Of a stretch of 64,000 nt of DNA, positions 1 through 11,509 are shown piece after piece (position 1 is the first letter of the stretch; each line of letters opens with the position of its first letter). The stretch is from IMG/VR virus record IMGVR_UViG_3300037346_000623, positions 53,266-117,265 of that record; one strand, 5' to 3'. The position numbers were made by a program, and so were the translations under genes. Origin of the DNA: a virus. The notes below the pieces were generated by a model, which saw only the letters and a program-made list of their open reading frames with translations, was not told where the DNA came from and made no database searches.

Positions 1-1029
1 ATAGCTTAAGAAATTTATTCTTGGATTAGCAAGGTCTCTGTCTCCACTAAGTTCATCTATAAGGTGATTACCAACAAGATCTATTTTGGAAGGATTGTTA
101 CAAATATCATCAAAAGCTTGCTCATCTATTGCACAGAATAGACCAGTAGAAGCAGTATTGTTATTTATTAATGTTTGTATATATTGATTTACACCGTTCA
201 AATCAACAAAGTCAGGTATGATACATCCAGTAACGGATGTAACTATAGAAACATTTGGATTAGCAAGGAATTGATCTATTTTCGATTTTATAAACCCATT
301 ATTACTAAAGTATGTACTCCACATTGGGTCAAGATTTAATGCTTGATAATTTGTCCAATTACCATAAACTGCAATAACATCTATAAAATAGTCACTTATA
401 TAATCATACGGATGCATAAACGTAGGAACATTATTAGCACCATACCAATCAATAGCAAATATATTATACCCTAACAGTGGGCTAGATGAATCAGTTGATT
501 TTCTAACTATTATACTCATAGGTGATTTTCCAAGATTAGTTACATTTAACAATTTACCCTGATCTGGAATACTTAAAGTTGCAAGAAAATAATTAGGATC
601 CGCAAACCAAAATCTCTCCTTATTGTAATACGAAGAGTATAATTCACTAGTAACCACACCATTATATTCCTCAGTATCCACAGAGAATGATCTATATGTA
701 ACCTTATCAGGGTCCGCTGATTCGAGATTATCGTTCAGTTTTAAGAGATTTAATGCAAATACTGGGCCTGCATTTAAACACGTTAATATTGATCTATGAA
801 AGAAAGATCCTTTATTTTCGAGTGACGCGTCGATATCACCAAAGATTGATATCATCGTTGTTGCATCAGGAATATAGACAGGTGTATTAAAAGGTCCTTT
901 ATTAGAGAAACCTATAACAAGTCTAATTGTTTGTGATGTAAGTATGACGTTTTGTGATGCGTCAAATTCAAGCGTATAGACACCAGATGCTCTAAATTGA
1001 GAATAGTCTATTTTTACCTTATTTGCCAT
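1..1029 (-). CDS. Tail sheath protein (gp18-like), 5' part; runs off the window
   Basis: Hand translation from ATG 1029: MANKVKIDYSQFRASGVYTLEFDASQ...VIGFSNKGPFNTPV. The GVY..E.D and G...KGP.N.P pattern is typical of sheath N-termini; GATATATA box upstream. Confidence 0.8.
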   Translation of the reverse strand, partial: MANKVKIDYSQFRASGVYTLEFDASQNVILTSQTIRLVIGFSNKGPFNTPVYIPDATTMISIFGDIDASLENKGSFFHRSILTCLNAGPVFALNLLKLNDNLESADPDKVTYRSFSVDTEEYNGVVTSELYSSYYNKERFWFADPNYFLATLSIPDQGKLLNVTNLGKSPMSIIVRKSTDSSSPLLGYNIFAIDWYGANNVPTFMHPYDYISDYFIDVIAVYGNWTNYQALNLDPMWSTYFSNNGFIKSKIDQFLANPNVSIVTSVTGCIIPDFVDLNGVNQYIQTLINNNTASTGLFCAIDEQAFDDICNNPSKIDLVGNHLIDELSGDRDLANPRINFLSY

Positions 1030-1091
1030 TATTTTTCAATATATTTTTACTTCTGTACTATATATCAAAAAAAAAATGAGAATTATTGATG

Positions 1092-2918
1092 CTACATTAG
1101 GTTATTGAATTCACTATATGATTTACCTTCCTTAGTTGAAGGTCCTTTCTTATCATCATCGAAAATTTGATCTCCCTCTAATTTTTTTATAATTAAATCC
1201 TTATACTCATTATCCTCCATCTCGTCGAATACCTCGCCAACCATATGATTAAAATCATATCCATCTAAAAGTCCGGGTAGATTGACTAATGTCATCGCAA
1301 CATCATCGTGTCCACTTTGGCTAGAATACGTTCCTCTGTTATTAAGACCGAAAGTAAATAACTCAGGTATAGTCCATTTCTTTTCATTAACCAATATCTT
1401 GTTTTCTCTAACCAGGCTTCTGAGTAATTCACAATACTTCATCTTATTCTTTTCGTTGTATTTTATTCCAGGTTTTAAAGTTCTTGCGCTTTCCGAATGT
1501 TTAGTAAATAAAAACATTTCATCAAAAAATTCATCTCTAGATATTAATTTATCATAGAGGAGTTCACCCTTAAAATTCATCTCCAGAGCTATTTTTACAC
1601 GATCCACAGTAAAAACATTCTCACACAAAACCTGTAATAGCTTAACTACATCCTCTAGCTTTATTTCATTATCTCTAAATACGCCAATCTGAATAAGCCC
1701 GAAGAAATCAGACTCGTCATCATATTCATCTATTTTTTCTATAACTACTTTTGGTAACGGAGTAACTCTAAATATATTTATTACAGTAAAATCCCCCTTT
1801 CCCCCACCGCTAAGATCTATTGATAAAACAAATTTCTTTCCCCTCTCGTTACACGTATCTATATCAAATTTAGGATGCCACCTGAAATTTTCATATGATA
1901 TATTATGATTATGTAATTCACTTATTTCCCTCCATTCATATTCAATCTCATTCTTCTTTATCTTTTTAAGTTCATCAGATCCCAATAATAAACTCGAAGA
2001 ACTTAAAAACTGATTACCGTATTCTTGATTGAAAAGTTCCTCACTTCCCAGGTTACCTATTTCTTTTTGTTTCCATGCTTCATCCCTACCAGGAACTTGC
2101 CACCAGTCAACTCTAATAGGATTAAAACTATTATCACCATCCATCGCACCCTGGTAGATATCATAGAATTTATTCATACCGTTAGGTGTTGATGTTATTA
2201 TTATTCTAGAAACCTTGGACGAGGATACTGTAGGATACGTGGATCTAAAGAATGCCTCCATGAAATTATCATTAATATGTGCAAACTCATCCATATATAA
2301 AAAATGTATAGTAAATCCGATACCTGATGATTTAGTTGTAGTTTTAGCTAAAACCCTACAGCCGTTATCAAAACGCATTGTCATTACATTATTGATTATC
2401 ATACCAGGTTTAAGAAAAAATGGGAGGCCTTTTATTATCGATTTTATTTTATCCATTAACTCTTCTGCAGTATCACCAACATTGGCTAATATCATTGCGT
2501 TCTTATCATGATTAAAGAGAAGATACCAAACAAGAATTATTGAGGATGTTATAGATTTACCAACCTGTCTAGGCGCTAAAAATACATTAAATCTATTTGA
2601 TTGATACTCTTTAAGTACTGATTCCTGATAATCTCTCAATTTTATATACTCAAGTCCAAAGTCTGTCATTACTTTGCAATATTTTGCAAAGTATGCTACA
2701 TCTTCCGCACATTTTTTCATTTCAATAACCTCTTCCCTAGTATATTCCCATTGAAGACTAGGTTTTTTTAACTCAGGATCTTGCTCATAAAATGGATTAT
2801 CAACATCCTTATAATCCAATCCTTCCTCGTCTATTCTTCTCAGAAGTTCATTAACTCTCTCAGTATTCCACAGGGATGTTTCTATCTGATCCTGCTTTTT
2901 GTGTATTATCTCTCCCAT
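1092..2918 (-). CDS. Terminase large subunit (T4 gp17-like)
   Basis: LRDYQ adenine motif, Walker A APRQVGKS, Walker B LYMDEFAH, ITSTPNG motif III, nuclease SIDLS...GD and HDDVAM. Confidence 0.95.
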   Translation of the reverse strand: MGEIIHKKQDQIETSLWNTERVNELLRRIDEEGLDYKDVDNPFYEQDPELKKPSLQWEYTREEVIEMKKCAEDVAYFAKYCKVMTDFGLEYIKLRDYQESVLKEYQSNRFNVFLAPRQVGKSITSSIILVWYLLFNHDKNAMILANVGDTAEELMDKIKSIIKGLPFFLKPGMIINNVMTMRFDNGCRVLAKTTTKSSGIGFTIHFLYMDEFAHINDNFMEAFFRSTYPTVSSSKVSRIIITSTPNGMNKFYDIYQGAMDGDNSFNPIRVDWWQVPGRDEAWKQKEIGNLGSEELFNQEYGNQFLSSSSLLLGSDELKKIKKNEIEYEWREISELHNHNISYENFRWHPKFDIDTCNERGKKFVLSIDLSGGGKGDFTVINIFRVTPLPKVVIEKIDEYDDESDFFGLIQIGVFRDNEIKLEDVVKLLQVLCENVFTVDRVKIALEMNFKGELLYDKLISRDEFFDEMFLFTKHSESARTLKPGIKYNEKNKMKYCELLRSLVRENKILVNEKKWTIPELFTFGLNNRGTYSSQSGHDDVAMTLVNLPGLLDGYDFNHMVGEVFDEMEDNEYKDLIIKKLEGDQIFDDDKKGPSTKEGKSYSEFNNLM

Positions 2919-2920
2919 TT

Positions 2921-3715
2921 TTAATAAAGATCATCCTCTATGATGAAATCATCATCACAAAAATCCTCATCAGCTTTAGCTACATTTGGATTATCAAGAT
3001 CTAATGTTTTTTTGTGTTTGGCGTTAACTACTGCATTAGGTTCAATTACCTCCGCTGTAATATCAACAACCTCAGATCCTATTATATCTCTAAGTCCCTC
3101 CATTATTCCTCTGGTACCTCTTGATTTAATTCCTCCGTTATCTGTTATTGCTGAGGCTGTAGCATTATAGGATTCACCAGGATTTGATTGATCCATCACA
3201 ACCCTATTGGTTTGTTTTTTCTCATCAATCTCAATTCTGGATTTTTTATAATTCTGTTCCATTTTTTCAAGATAGGCCTGATAATCCTTGGGCATTTGCA
3301 TAATCTGTGATTGCATTTGAGCAAGAACTTCAAAGAGTCTAGGATTTGTATTTCCTAGATCTATCTCCTCTAGTATTTTGGTTATTGTATGTTGAGCTGT
3401 CTTTAATTGGAACATCATGGCGGATACATTCATCGTATCCATTTTTTTCTTTAGCTCCACATGTTTAGCTCCAGCATTTTCTGTACTAAGATCAACATAA
3501 AACTCAGCCAATGAATCCATAAGGGACTTGGCATCCGATGATGCAGATGATTGTTCACCAGCAAAATCCATAAGATCTGTAGTTTTTATTCGGGGAAGAT
3601 CTAAAGAATCAGCAACAAAAGATGCATTGAAACTCTCATCCATCAATATAGAATCGAGATTCTCTTTTATTCTTTCCTCTATTACCTTCTCAGGCTTTGG
3701 TTTTCTTCTTGGCAT
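2921..3715 (-). CDS. Probable terminase small subunit
   Basis: Immediately upstream of terL; helical core with PRLFEVLAQM resembling gp16. Confidence 0.5.
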   Translation of the reverse strand: MPRRKPKPEKVIEERIKENLDSILMDESFNASFVADSLDLPRIKTTDLMDFAGEQSSASSDAKSLMDSLAEFYVDLSTENAGAKHVELKKKMDTMNVSAMMFQLKTAQHTITKILEEIDLGNTNPRLFEVLAQMQSQIMQMPKDYQAYLEKMEQNYKKSRIEIDEKKQTNRVVMDQSNPGESYNATASAITDNGGIKSRGTRGIMEGLRDIIGSEVVDITAEVIEPNAVVNAKHKKTLDLDNPNVAKADEDFCDDDFIIEDDLY

Positions 3716-3718
3716 AAT

Positions 3719-6211
3719 TTATTTATTTCTTGCAAATTTGGGTATATTTAGCAAAGGTTTAGCGTTATCTATTATATGTGCTAGCTGGGAATCTCTAACG
3801 ATATTCTGATTAAGGACAGTTGACTGATTATCTATATCTATCATATTTTTAAATAATCTTACGTTACTGATGTGTATAGGACCAGTAAAAATCTTATATG
3901 AATTATTATCCGTACCATAATATGGACTGAATTTATCAGTAACCATATTGGAAGGTGCATTAAAAACTATATGATCAGTAAACATTCTTGAATCCTCGTG
4001 TAATTTAGACAATTTACTAGATTGATCAGGAGAACTATTTGTAGGATCATAAGTTATTCCCCATATTATTGAAGATATCTGCTTATATACATTAGAGAAA
4101 TTTATAACAACACCGTACCATTCATCTATGGAAGGTATAAACTGTAGGGTAGTATTTATAATTAGATCATTAAATCTAACAACCAGACTTCCTGTTTCTA
4201 GGAAAATATTTGTTAATTCATCAGTTACACCTGAATGTATAATATCGGCTCTGAATCCCTTAATATCTCCATTCTGATCCTCATATAATCCACTTATTAA
4301 ATTTCTAGATTGTGCCTTTTGCATTCTCCATGTAACAGGGCCAACCGAGAAATTCTCAGATTTATTAATAATCTTAAATTTATATTCATCTATAATACTA
4401 GCAACCTGATATCCGCCACTATGCGGGAGATCACCCTTTATTGCTACGTATCCCTCAGGATTAGTTTGATAGGTATCCCAACTTTCAAGATTATGTTTCC
4501 TTGGATATGAATTAAAAATAATAAAATCATTATCGTATGATTCCAGAGATATGTTTATAACTGGATATGGTCTTTTCATCAGCTGCTGATTATTATAAAG
4601 ATTCTTTATATTAAACCATGCTGTAAATGCTAACTCTTCACCTATACTAATTTTCGGAAGTAACTTATAGCGGATAGCCTCCCTGTATTGCTTGGTTGCG
4701 TATATAAAATCGGAGTCATCCACAAATGATCCATAGAGATCATAATAGTCATTAAATACTATAGTCCAGTTATTATTAAGATCATATCCTATTATTGATA
4801 AATCTTTATAAACATATGATCTTATAGGATCCTGTGACATCTGTGTTATTGTAGTTGCATACTGCTGGGGGTTTGTTATTTTAAGTTCCTCGCTTTGTAC
4901 TTCTGCTCCAAATAAATCACTAGTTGTAAGACTTATACCATCAAGCTCCTCCTTATGTGCTGGGTCTCTAAAGTAAGTATTACTTTTAGGATTATATTTT
5001 TTAAGCTCAATTTTAAAATAAACAGGAGCGTTCATAAAATCTCTAAATAGATAGGTTGAGTTTATTTCATAGATTCTATTTGTTATTGGAAAGTATATAA
5101 TATCTCTTTTTCTTGGTTGCGATCCCTTACCGAATATTGACTCGAAATATCTTTTATCAATTTGAACCTCAAAAGGATCATCATAATTTAATCCAAAAGG
5201 ATCAAAATTTATTTTATTATCAGGAAATTGGTTCTGATTAACCATTAATTTTACGCATTTTTCAGAAACAACATTAAATAAGGTATATTCTCTAAGGACA
5301 ACATCTCTACCTCTAGCCTGGGGTTGAACTGAATAATAATTAGCATCAAGACCAAACATCTTATTAACCATTAAGCTAAGGTCCTGATATATGTTCAGTG
5401 CTTTATTAACAGCATAAGGCTTGAATGTAAACCCGCAATCAGAAAAAACAACAGGTCGATTAGAGGTTTCTGGCGAACATATGGGGGATGGTCTGCTTTG
5501 TATCTTTTCTGGTATTGAACCAAAATCAAGATCCAAATCAAAGCTAACTATAACAACAGATGGATCTATAGGTTCATTAGTATTATAAATTATACCTCCG
5601 TCCGGACCTATAAGAACTGACGTGAATCTAAACTCAGGATAGAATTTATTAGATGGATCCAAATCAATCGAAAAAACATCAGAGAAATTATTGGTTAGTC
5701 CATTAAGGGCCGTACCAACATTCGTCCATAGAGACCACGTTTTTCCGTCTATACTATATCTAAAATCTATTGATATATCATTAGCATCCAGGATTGATCC
5801 ATTATTATTCGAATAAACAGTATCAATTATCCATCCATTGAATTTAGTAGCATTCTCGAAAGGTTTATCCCATGTTAATACCCTATAATTACCTATATAG
5901 GTGAAGTTTAAGGCACTTTCGAGCTGCTCCATTCTTAAACCATAATATTCAGGGGTTTCGCATGGCATATACATTGTATTACCGCTGACCATAATTTCAT
6001 GAAATCCCCAGCAGCCTAATTGTTTAGCTCTAGCTCTCGCACCATTTTCAGTACTAAATATATTATCGACCGATGATTCGAGTACTTTATCGGTATTTTC
6101 AAGTCCATCATGATAAGCATATCTAGGATCCGATATATCGTATTGTTCACCCTCAGTATTATATACAGGTGTACCGTTTTTTGGAAATCTATTCTCTGGA
6201 TAAAAGCTCAT
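3719..6211 (-). CDS. Neck/head-closure (gp14-like) multidomain virion protein
   Basis: Central FGL...D...QI.K..FE..FG....P...DIIYFP..NRIYEI motif; late box at 6231. Confidence 0.6.
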   Translation of the reverse strand: MSFYPENRFPKNGTPVYNTEGEQYDISDPRYAYHDGLENTDKVLESSVDNIFSTENGARARAKQLGCWGFHEIMVSGNTMYMPCETPEYYGLRMEQLESALNFTYIGNYRVLTWDKPFENATKFNGWIIDTVYSNNNGSILDANDISIDFRYSIDGKTWSLWTNVGTALNGLTNNFSDVFSIDLDPSNKFYPEFRFTSVLIGPDGGIIYNTNEPIDPSVVIVSFDLDLDFGSIPEKIQSRPSPICSPETSNRPVVFSDCGFTFKPYAVNKALNIYQDLSLMVNKMFGLDANYYSVQPQARGRDVVLREYTLFNVVSEKCVKLMVNQNQFPDNKINFDPFGLNYDDPFEVQIDKRYFESIFGKGSQPRKRDIIYFPITNRIYEINSTYLFRDFMNAPVYFKIELKKYNPKSNTYFRDPAHKEELDGISLTTSDLFGAEVQSEELKITNPQQYATTITQMSQDPIRSYVYKDLSIIGYDLNNNWTIVFNDYYDLYGSFVDDSDFIYATKQYREAIRYKLLPKISIGEELAFTAWFNIKNLYNNQQLMKRPYPVINISLESYDNDFIIFNSYPRKHNLESWDTYQTNPEGYVAIKGDLPHSGGYQVASIIDEYKFKIINKSENFSVGPVTWRMQKAQSRNLISGLYEDQNGDIKGFRADIIHSGVTDELTNIFLETGSLVVRFNDLIINTTLQFIPSIDEWYGVVINFSNVYKQISSIIWGITYDPTNSSPDQSSKLSKLHEDSRMFTDHIVFNAPSNMVTDKFSPYYGTDNNSYKIFTGPIHISNVRLFKNMIDIDNQSTVLNQNIVRDSQLAHIIDNAKPLLNIPKFARNK

Positions 6212-6304
6212 TTCTATTTATACTTTTTCTTATATATCAAAAAATCCTAGACTATAAACAAAAAAAAAGGATCCAATAGGATCCTCTTTTTAATATTACT
6301 AAAA

Positions 6305-6577
6305 TTAAGATTTGGTATAGATCCCGCTAACAAGATCTAATTTACCATCGCCATGTTCTCCAACAACCTTAGCTTGTAGTTCTTCCTCCCTGATATTTAT
6401 TCTGCTGGCCTCATTATAGAGATGCTCAAGCTCCTGCTCCATCATGGACAAATCTTTTTTATAAAAAGAAACCTGAACGTTTAACCTTCCTATTTTTACA
6501 ACATTCTCAGTAAGTTCATCCTTCAATGTTTGAACCTCTAATAATAGCTCATCGCTTAATTTAATTTCCTGACTCAT
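6305..6577 (-). CDS. Hypothetical coiled-coil protein
   Basis: 90 aa ORF followed by a terminator. Confidence 0.7.
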   Translation of the reverse strand: MSQEIKLSDELLLEVQTLKDELTENVVKIGRLNVQVSFYKKDLSMMEQELEHLYNEASRINIREEELQAKVVGEHGDGKLDLVSGIYTKS

Positions 6578-6621
6578 TTTAATTTTTTAATTTATACTAA
6601 TAATAGTAATTATTGTTTCAT

Positions 6622-6912
6622 TTATATCCCGTTTTTTCTAGTAGGAAAAACCCCACCTATTATTGGCGCAATAAATTGAGAAACACTCTTATTTGAATTT
6701 CCTCCATCGAGTATATCGCTAAAATCCTTACCAACCGGATTTGGATTAGAATAGAAATTACCAGAAGCTTTAACTTCCATTATTTCTATTGTATCTGTTT
6801 TTCTAACATAAGCATTACCAGTGCCAATAAAATAAAGCTGATCTCTAGTTTTGCTATCGCTTCCATCTATTATTCTATTCTCTATTGATAATATTCTATC
6901 GTCTATTGCCAT
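6622..6912 (-). CDS. Hypothetical protein
   Basis: Co-oriented ORF in a tight operon. Confidence 0.6.
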   Translation of the reverse strand: MAIDDRILSIENRIIDGSDSKTRDQLYFIGTGNAYVRKTDTIEIMEVKASGNFYSNPNPVGKDFSDILDGGNSNKSVSQFIAPIIGGVFPTRKNGI

Positions 6913-6926
6913 TTTTTTTTATTATT

Positions 6927-7673
6927 TTATAATATTTCCCTTCTATTAGGCGGATTTGTATTTTTTGATATTACTTGTTTAACTCTAAGCCCAGCTTGCA
7001 TAAGATTACCCCTAAATCTTTCAGTTGATAGGTCTTTATCAGGAAAATATGTTTCCAGTGCTACTGAGAAGTTAAATGTTATATATTCTTGAGATGCGTA
7101 TGTAAATTCATACTGTTTGGTTAATTCATACGATTCTGGGAATCCAACCGTTACTGGTATTCGCATACCTTCAAATTCGAAGCTATAACTATAAGTTTTA
7201 TAGAATGTTCTGATAACATTCTGATATATTTTAAAGGCATCAAGTAGTGTATCTATTTTCATAGCTATGCCAAATGACAAATTAAGAGGTATAGAATTAG
7301 TATGAGACGAAAGAGTTTTCATCTCCCCTTTAACGTCTTCAACTGCATAAGACATTCTAACATATTTATTAGTTAATGCCTGAGCATCTATATCTGAAGA
7401 CTGATATGATACTATTCCTCTCGGCAATATATCATAATTCCCTTCCGCATGAGGAAGATTGTCTATACAGTTCTCATATTCAACAAAAGAATCCATCAAG
7501 AATGATTCATCTCCAGTTAAGGAGAAAAAAAATGGAATATAAACCTCTATTTTTTCCTGCTGATCATTAACCTGAAAATATGTTACCTTCTCGTTTAGGG
7601 ATCTAAGTAAACCTATTATAAGATTTCTTAGATATACATCATCCATATTAAATTTTTCTAAAAATCCCGACAT
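6927..7673 (-). CDS. Tail completion / sheath stabiliser (gp15-like)
   Basis: ILPRG, P.NL.F.....ID...DA..I...I...F pattern; structural context. Confidence 0.6.
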   Translation of the reverse strand: MSGFLEKFNMDDVYLRNLIIGLLRSLNEKVTYFQVNDQQEKIEVYIPFFFSLTGDESFLMDSFVEYENCIDNLPHAEGNYDILPRGIVSYQSSDIDAQALTNKYVRMSYAVEDVKGEMKTLSSHTNSIPLNLSFGIAMKIDTLLDAFKIYQNVIRTFYKTYSYSFEFEGMRIPVTVGFPESYELTKQYEFTYASQEYITFNFSVALETYFPDKDLSTERFRGNLMQAGLRVKQVISKNTNPPNRREIL

Positions 7674-7678
7674 AATTA

Positions 7679-8686
7679 TTAAGGTGTCACAGTGACAAAA
7701 TTTATTTTTATTTTACTGGTCGAACCAGAAGTATTAGATGCAGTTAATATAACTGTATAATCACCAGCATAATTATAGGAAACCATTGGATTCTGTGCTG
7801 TACTTCCTGTTGGAGATGCAGAAGGTCCGAAAATCCAATTCCATCCAGTAGGAGCAAATTGCCATGGCGAATTTGGTGATGTATCCTTAAATGAAACGGT
7901 TGCACCAGTAGCTGTTATTAAATTATACGTAGCTCCAGTACCTGATGTGAAGTTGGTATAGGGTGGTGCTGGTATAGGACCCTTCCTGCTAATAACACCA
8001 TCCGGTGTGGTATCAAAATCAGGATAACCCAATGGTATATCATCAAGTCTGCCTGGTGTTTTTTGTCTTATTACTGGAATTTCTGCATATCTTATCTGGA
8101 GTGGATAACCAGAATCATCGGAGTATTTAGGATGTTCAAAATACCCATTAAGATAATCGGATTCACTTATTGCAGTTATATTAGTATAATGTAATCTAAG
8201 CATCTCTGAACAATCTTTAACAGTCGATTGGCTTAGAGTTTTTATAACAACAAAAGATTTAACTGTGTTTCCTATTATATTTCTCTCTATATTTAGATTG
8301 TCATATATTATAAAAAAATAATTACTAGTTGAAACCTTAGTAATTATAGGAATATTTCTACTGGAAACCGTAGTTGTTACGTATTCACGAGGTATATTAT
8401 TTCTGGGTGCAAGTAAACCAACACCAAATATTCCCATCTGTTTAATAGACGAAGGTAATACTTCCATATCTTCTATAGAAATAGAATCCAATCCATCAAC
8501 CTTGTTCTTTGTACTTTTTATGAGTATACTTTCTTGGGCCTTTGATGGTGGTACTTCGAAACTAGTGACAGGAACACCAATTAGTTCAGGGATTTTATCC
8601 TTATTGCTCTTTATTAAAGCATTTTCCTGTTTAGGACTTAGCTCTTTCGGATCCGAATTTATCCTTATTGATTGTCTAACTCTCAA
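7679..8686 (-). CDS. PKD-domain virion protein
   Basis: C-terminal VSFKDTS...W.W.FG...ST.QNP...Y..AG.YTV.LT.SN. Confidence 0.7.
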   Translation of the reverse strand: MRVRQSIRINSDPKELSPKQENALIKSNKDKIPELIGVPVTSFEVPPSKAQESILIKSTKNKVDGLDSISIEDMEVLPSSIKQMGIFGVGLLAPRNNIPREYVTTTVSSRNIPIITKVSTSNYFFIIYDNLNIERNIIGNTVKSFVVIKTLSQSTVKDCSEMLRLHYTNITAISESDYLNGYFEHPKYSDDSGYPLQIRYAEIPVIRQKTPGRLDDIPLGYPDFDTTPDGVISRKGPIPAPPYTNFTSGTGATYNLITATGATVSFKDTSPNSPWQFAPTGWNWIFGPSASPTGSTAQNPMVSYNYAGDYTVILTASNTSGSTSKIKINFVTVTP

Positions 8687-8725
8687 TTTAGTTTTTTTAT
8701 TCTATATATTCGATAGATCAACTTA

Positions 8726-10390
8726 TTAAAATTGATCTATCGTCATAGAAGAGAAACTATTTGTTTTTTTTATATCTATTTTCCAATCAAAGATCTCATG
8801 GGGCATAGGAGCATGATTTATGACAAATATATTAAGACCCATTTCCCTCGAATTTTTTTGCAGTACCTTTAAGATAGAGGTAACACCATCAGGATCAACT
8901 GAACTAAATAACTCATCGAGAAATAGTAAATTTATCGAACTGAATTTTAATTTCATTAATTTCATTATAGCAATAAGTACAACGAAATCAACCTTTTTCA
9001 TTTCACCAGTACTTAGTGTTTGTACAGGTATTTCTATACCCATTTGATATATTGATGCCTTAAATTCATCATCAAATATAATCTGATATTCCAAATGTAG
9101 TGATTCTAATAAATCCATTATTTCTGAATTCAGAGATGGCAATATAGTTTTTATTGCCATCTGCTTAACCCCCTTCTCACTAAGAATTTCATCAAGGGTT
9201 TTAACCCATGCATTCTTTTCAGCAGATTTGAAAACATCATCCTTTATTCTATCTCTATCAATTTCCAGATTTCTTATTATATTTTCTAATGATTTTACCT
9301 GACCGTCATTTTTTTTATTATTGAGTAATTCTATATCACGGAGAATATCCCTTATTCTCTGAGATATCTTATTGTTTTTTTCCTGGAGATCAACTTTTAT
9401 AGTTTTCATCTCAGATTCCTTATTCTTAAGATTACCTATAATTTCTTCAGAATCGTCTAATTTAGATTTTGATTCATCCAGCTCATTCTCCATCGATTCC
9501 TTTTTATGTAAATGAAATCCACCGCTAAGTGAACTTTCACATGTCGGGCAAAGATCAGATTCATATAACTTTAATCTACGGCTAAGAGAATCAACATTAC
9601 CTCTTATTTCAAGAAGCTCCTTGGTTGACGTATATAAAAGATCTGCTAATTTTGACTCATCTTCCTTAAACTTATTTATTTTATCAGTATGTAATTCCTG
9701 GAGCTTCAGAAAAGAATCAAGTGATTTATTAAGTTCAACCATCTCATTCTTTATATCCTCCTCCATTTGATTTAATAGAATGTCCATCTCCTCCACAGAT
9801 CTGGAAATAGCAGACTCTGTTGTGGATAGACTACCTGAAAGGGTATCGAGTGATTCTTTTATTTTTTTAATCTCACCCTTTAATAATTCCCTCATTTGAT
9901 TTAAAATATTAAAACCAAATATTTTATCAATAATCGCTCTTTTATCTTGTGGTGACATTTTTATAAAAGATTTGAAATCGTTTATAGATAGTGATATTGT
10001 ATTGTTAAATACATAATACGGTATCCCTATAAGATCATCAGCAAGGTAAGATTGAACATTACTATTTCCTGCCTGATCATATGGGATTCCATTTATGGAT
10101 AGGGAGAAAACGGAGGGTTCAAGTCCTCTCTCAATAGTAATTATTTTTCCATTATTTTCAAATTCTATTTTAACCCATGCATGTCCGTTTATTCTGTTAG
10201 GAATATCACTTAATTTCTTACCTTCAACCTTCCCATATAAAGCAAACGCAATGACTTGCGATATAGTGGTCTTTCCTGCACCATTCTCTCCAACTATCTG
10301 AAAAAGACAAGCCTCATTTGGAAATTCTAAGGTCTGCAATCTATTTCCATATGATGAGAAATTTCTCCATTCAATTTTTAATATCTTCAT
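8726..10390 (-). CDS. Rad50/SbcC-like ATPase (T4 gp46)
   Basis: GENGAGKTT, CPTC zinc hook, LSTGE signature, LFLDE, INH. Confidence 0.95.
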   Translation of the reverse strand: MKILKIEWRNFSSYGNRLQTLEFPNEACLFQIVGENGAGKTTISQVIAFALYGKVEGKKLSDIPNRINGHAWVKIEFENNGKIITIERGLEPSVFSLSINGIPYDQAGNSNVQSYLADDLIGIPYYVFNNTISLSINDFKSFIKMSPQDKRAIIDKIFGFNILNQMRELLKGEIKKIKESLDTLSGSLSTTESAISRSVEEMDILLNQMEEDIKNEMVELNKSLDSFLKLQELHTDKINKFKEDESKLADLLYTSTKELLEIRGNVDSLSRRLKLYESDLCPTCESSLSGGFHLHKKESMENELDESKSKLDDSEEIIGNLKNKESEMKTIKVDLQEKNNKISQRIRDILRDIELLNNKKNDGQVKSLENIIRNLEIDRDRIKDDVFKSAEKNAWVKTLDEILSEKGVKQMAIKTILPSLNSEIMDLLESLHLEYQIIFDDEFKASIYQMGIEIPVQTLSTGEMKKVDFVVLIAIMKLMKLKFSSINLLFLDELFSSVDPDGVTSILKVLQKNSREMGLNIFVINHAPMPHEIFDWKIDIKKTNSFSSMTIDQF

Positions 10391-11508
10391 TATAACCTTT
10401 TCTCTTGTTCTTGATTTATTACTATATTATGGAGCTTAAATAAGCTTGAAATTATTTTTTCTTTAGTTTCTTCGATAATATCCATAGATTCCACATAAGA
10501 TCTTATAAAATCAAGAACATTGAATTGACCATTACCCTCCGATTCGATCATCTGTTCAGTTAGTGTCGTACTTTTTTCGGGATCATATGGATGAAATTTA
10601 AGGAATCTCTGTGTCGTGATTGTATCAGTAAGCATACTGAGCGGAGCCTTTAGTGCCATCATAGGATCAATCATGATATCAACAAAATTATTTCTAAATT
10701 TAGGTTCAAGCTCATCTGGAGTTGATTCTAATATATCTGTAAAATAAAATTTCTTAAATCTAGGCGAGAATGTATTAGGGTAAACTACCTCGTTCATGTC
10801 AGAAAGGTCCAAAAGAGTTATGGATTTTTCATTATCCATATCAGATCTTGTTAACTCATAAGGAGATCCTAACATGGTTATATTATCTTGTTTTTGTGCA
10901 TAATGTATATGACCAGAATAAACTTTTGTAAACTTCTTAAATTTATTAATGTCAGCACCAGATTCAACATTAACGTACTTATTGAATTTTAGTCCTCTTA
11001 TATCAGCATGACAGCAAAGAACATCATGAGGTTCTATATAATCAAGCGTTTCTGTCTCCGTATTATGATCCTTTCTCCATGGCATAAGGAAGAAATTCTT
11101 ATCCATTAGTTTAAGTGTAACAGGATCTTCAAATATATTTATTCCTGGTATCCATTTTATGGACTTTAGAGAATTGACATCATTTGTATTTTTACCAAAT
11201 ATATCATGATTTCCTATTATCACATATACGCCATCAGTAAAGATAGCTGATAATTCCTCAGCAATAGATATACCAAGATTAAGTACCTTTAGATTTATAC
11301 TTTGTCTGGAATCAAAAAAATCACCAAGGTGAATAAGTACATCACCTGGTTGATAATTTTTTCTTACTAATGGAAAAAACCAATCAAAGAAATACTCCCT
11401 TGTCTGGTCTATCCATTCATTTGAATTGTTTCTTACACCTAAATGAGTATCCGTTATAAACCAAACTCTCCGTGCTTTATCGTTTACCAACTTTAAATGT
11501 TCATTCAT
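10390..11508 (-). CDS. Mre11/SbcD-like nuclease (T4 gp47)
   Basis: DTHLG, GDFFD, GNHD, SGHIH phosphoesterase motifs. Confidence 0.95.
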   Translation of the reverse strand: MNEHLKLVNDKARRVWFITDTHLGVRNNSNEWIDQTREYFFDWFFPLVRKNYQPGDVLIHLGDFFDSRQSINLKVLNLGISIAEELSAIFTDGVYVIIGNHDIFGKNTNDVNSLKSIKWIPGINIFEDPVTLKLMDKNFFLMPWRKDHNTETETLDYIEPHDVLCCHADIRGLKFNKYVNVESGADINKFKKFTKVYSGHIHYAQKQDNITMLGSPYELTRSDMDNEKSITLLDLSDMNEVVYPNTFSPRFKKFYFTDILESTPDELEPKFRNNFVDIMIDPMMALKAPLSMLTDTITTQRFLKFHPYDPEKSTTLTEQMIESEGNGQFNVLDFIRSYVESMDIIEETKEKIISSLFKLHNIVINQEQEKRL

Positions 11509-11509
11509 A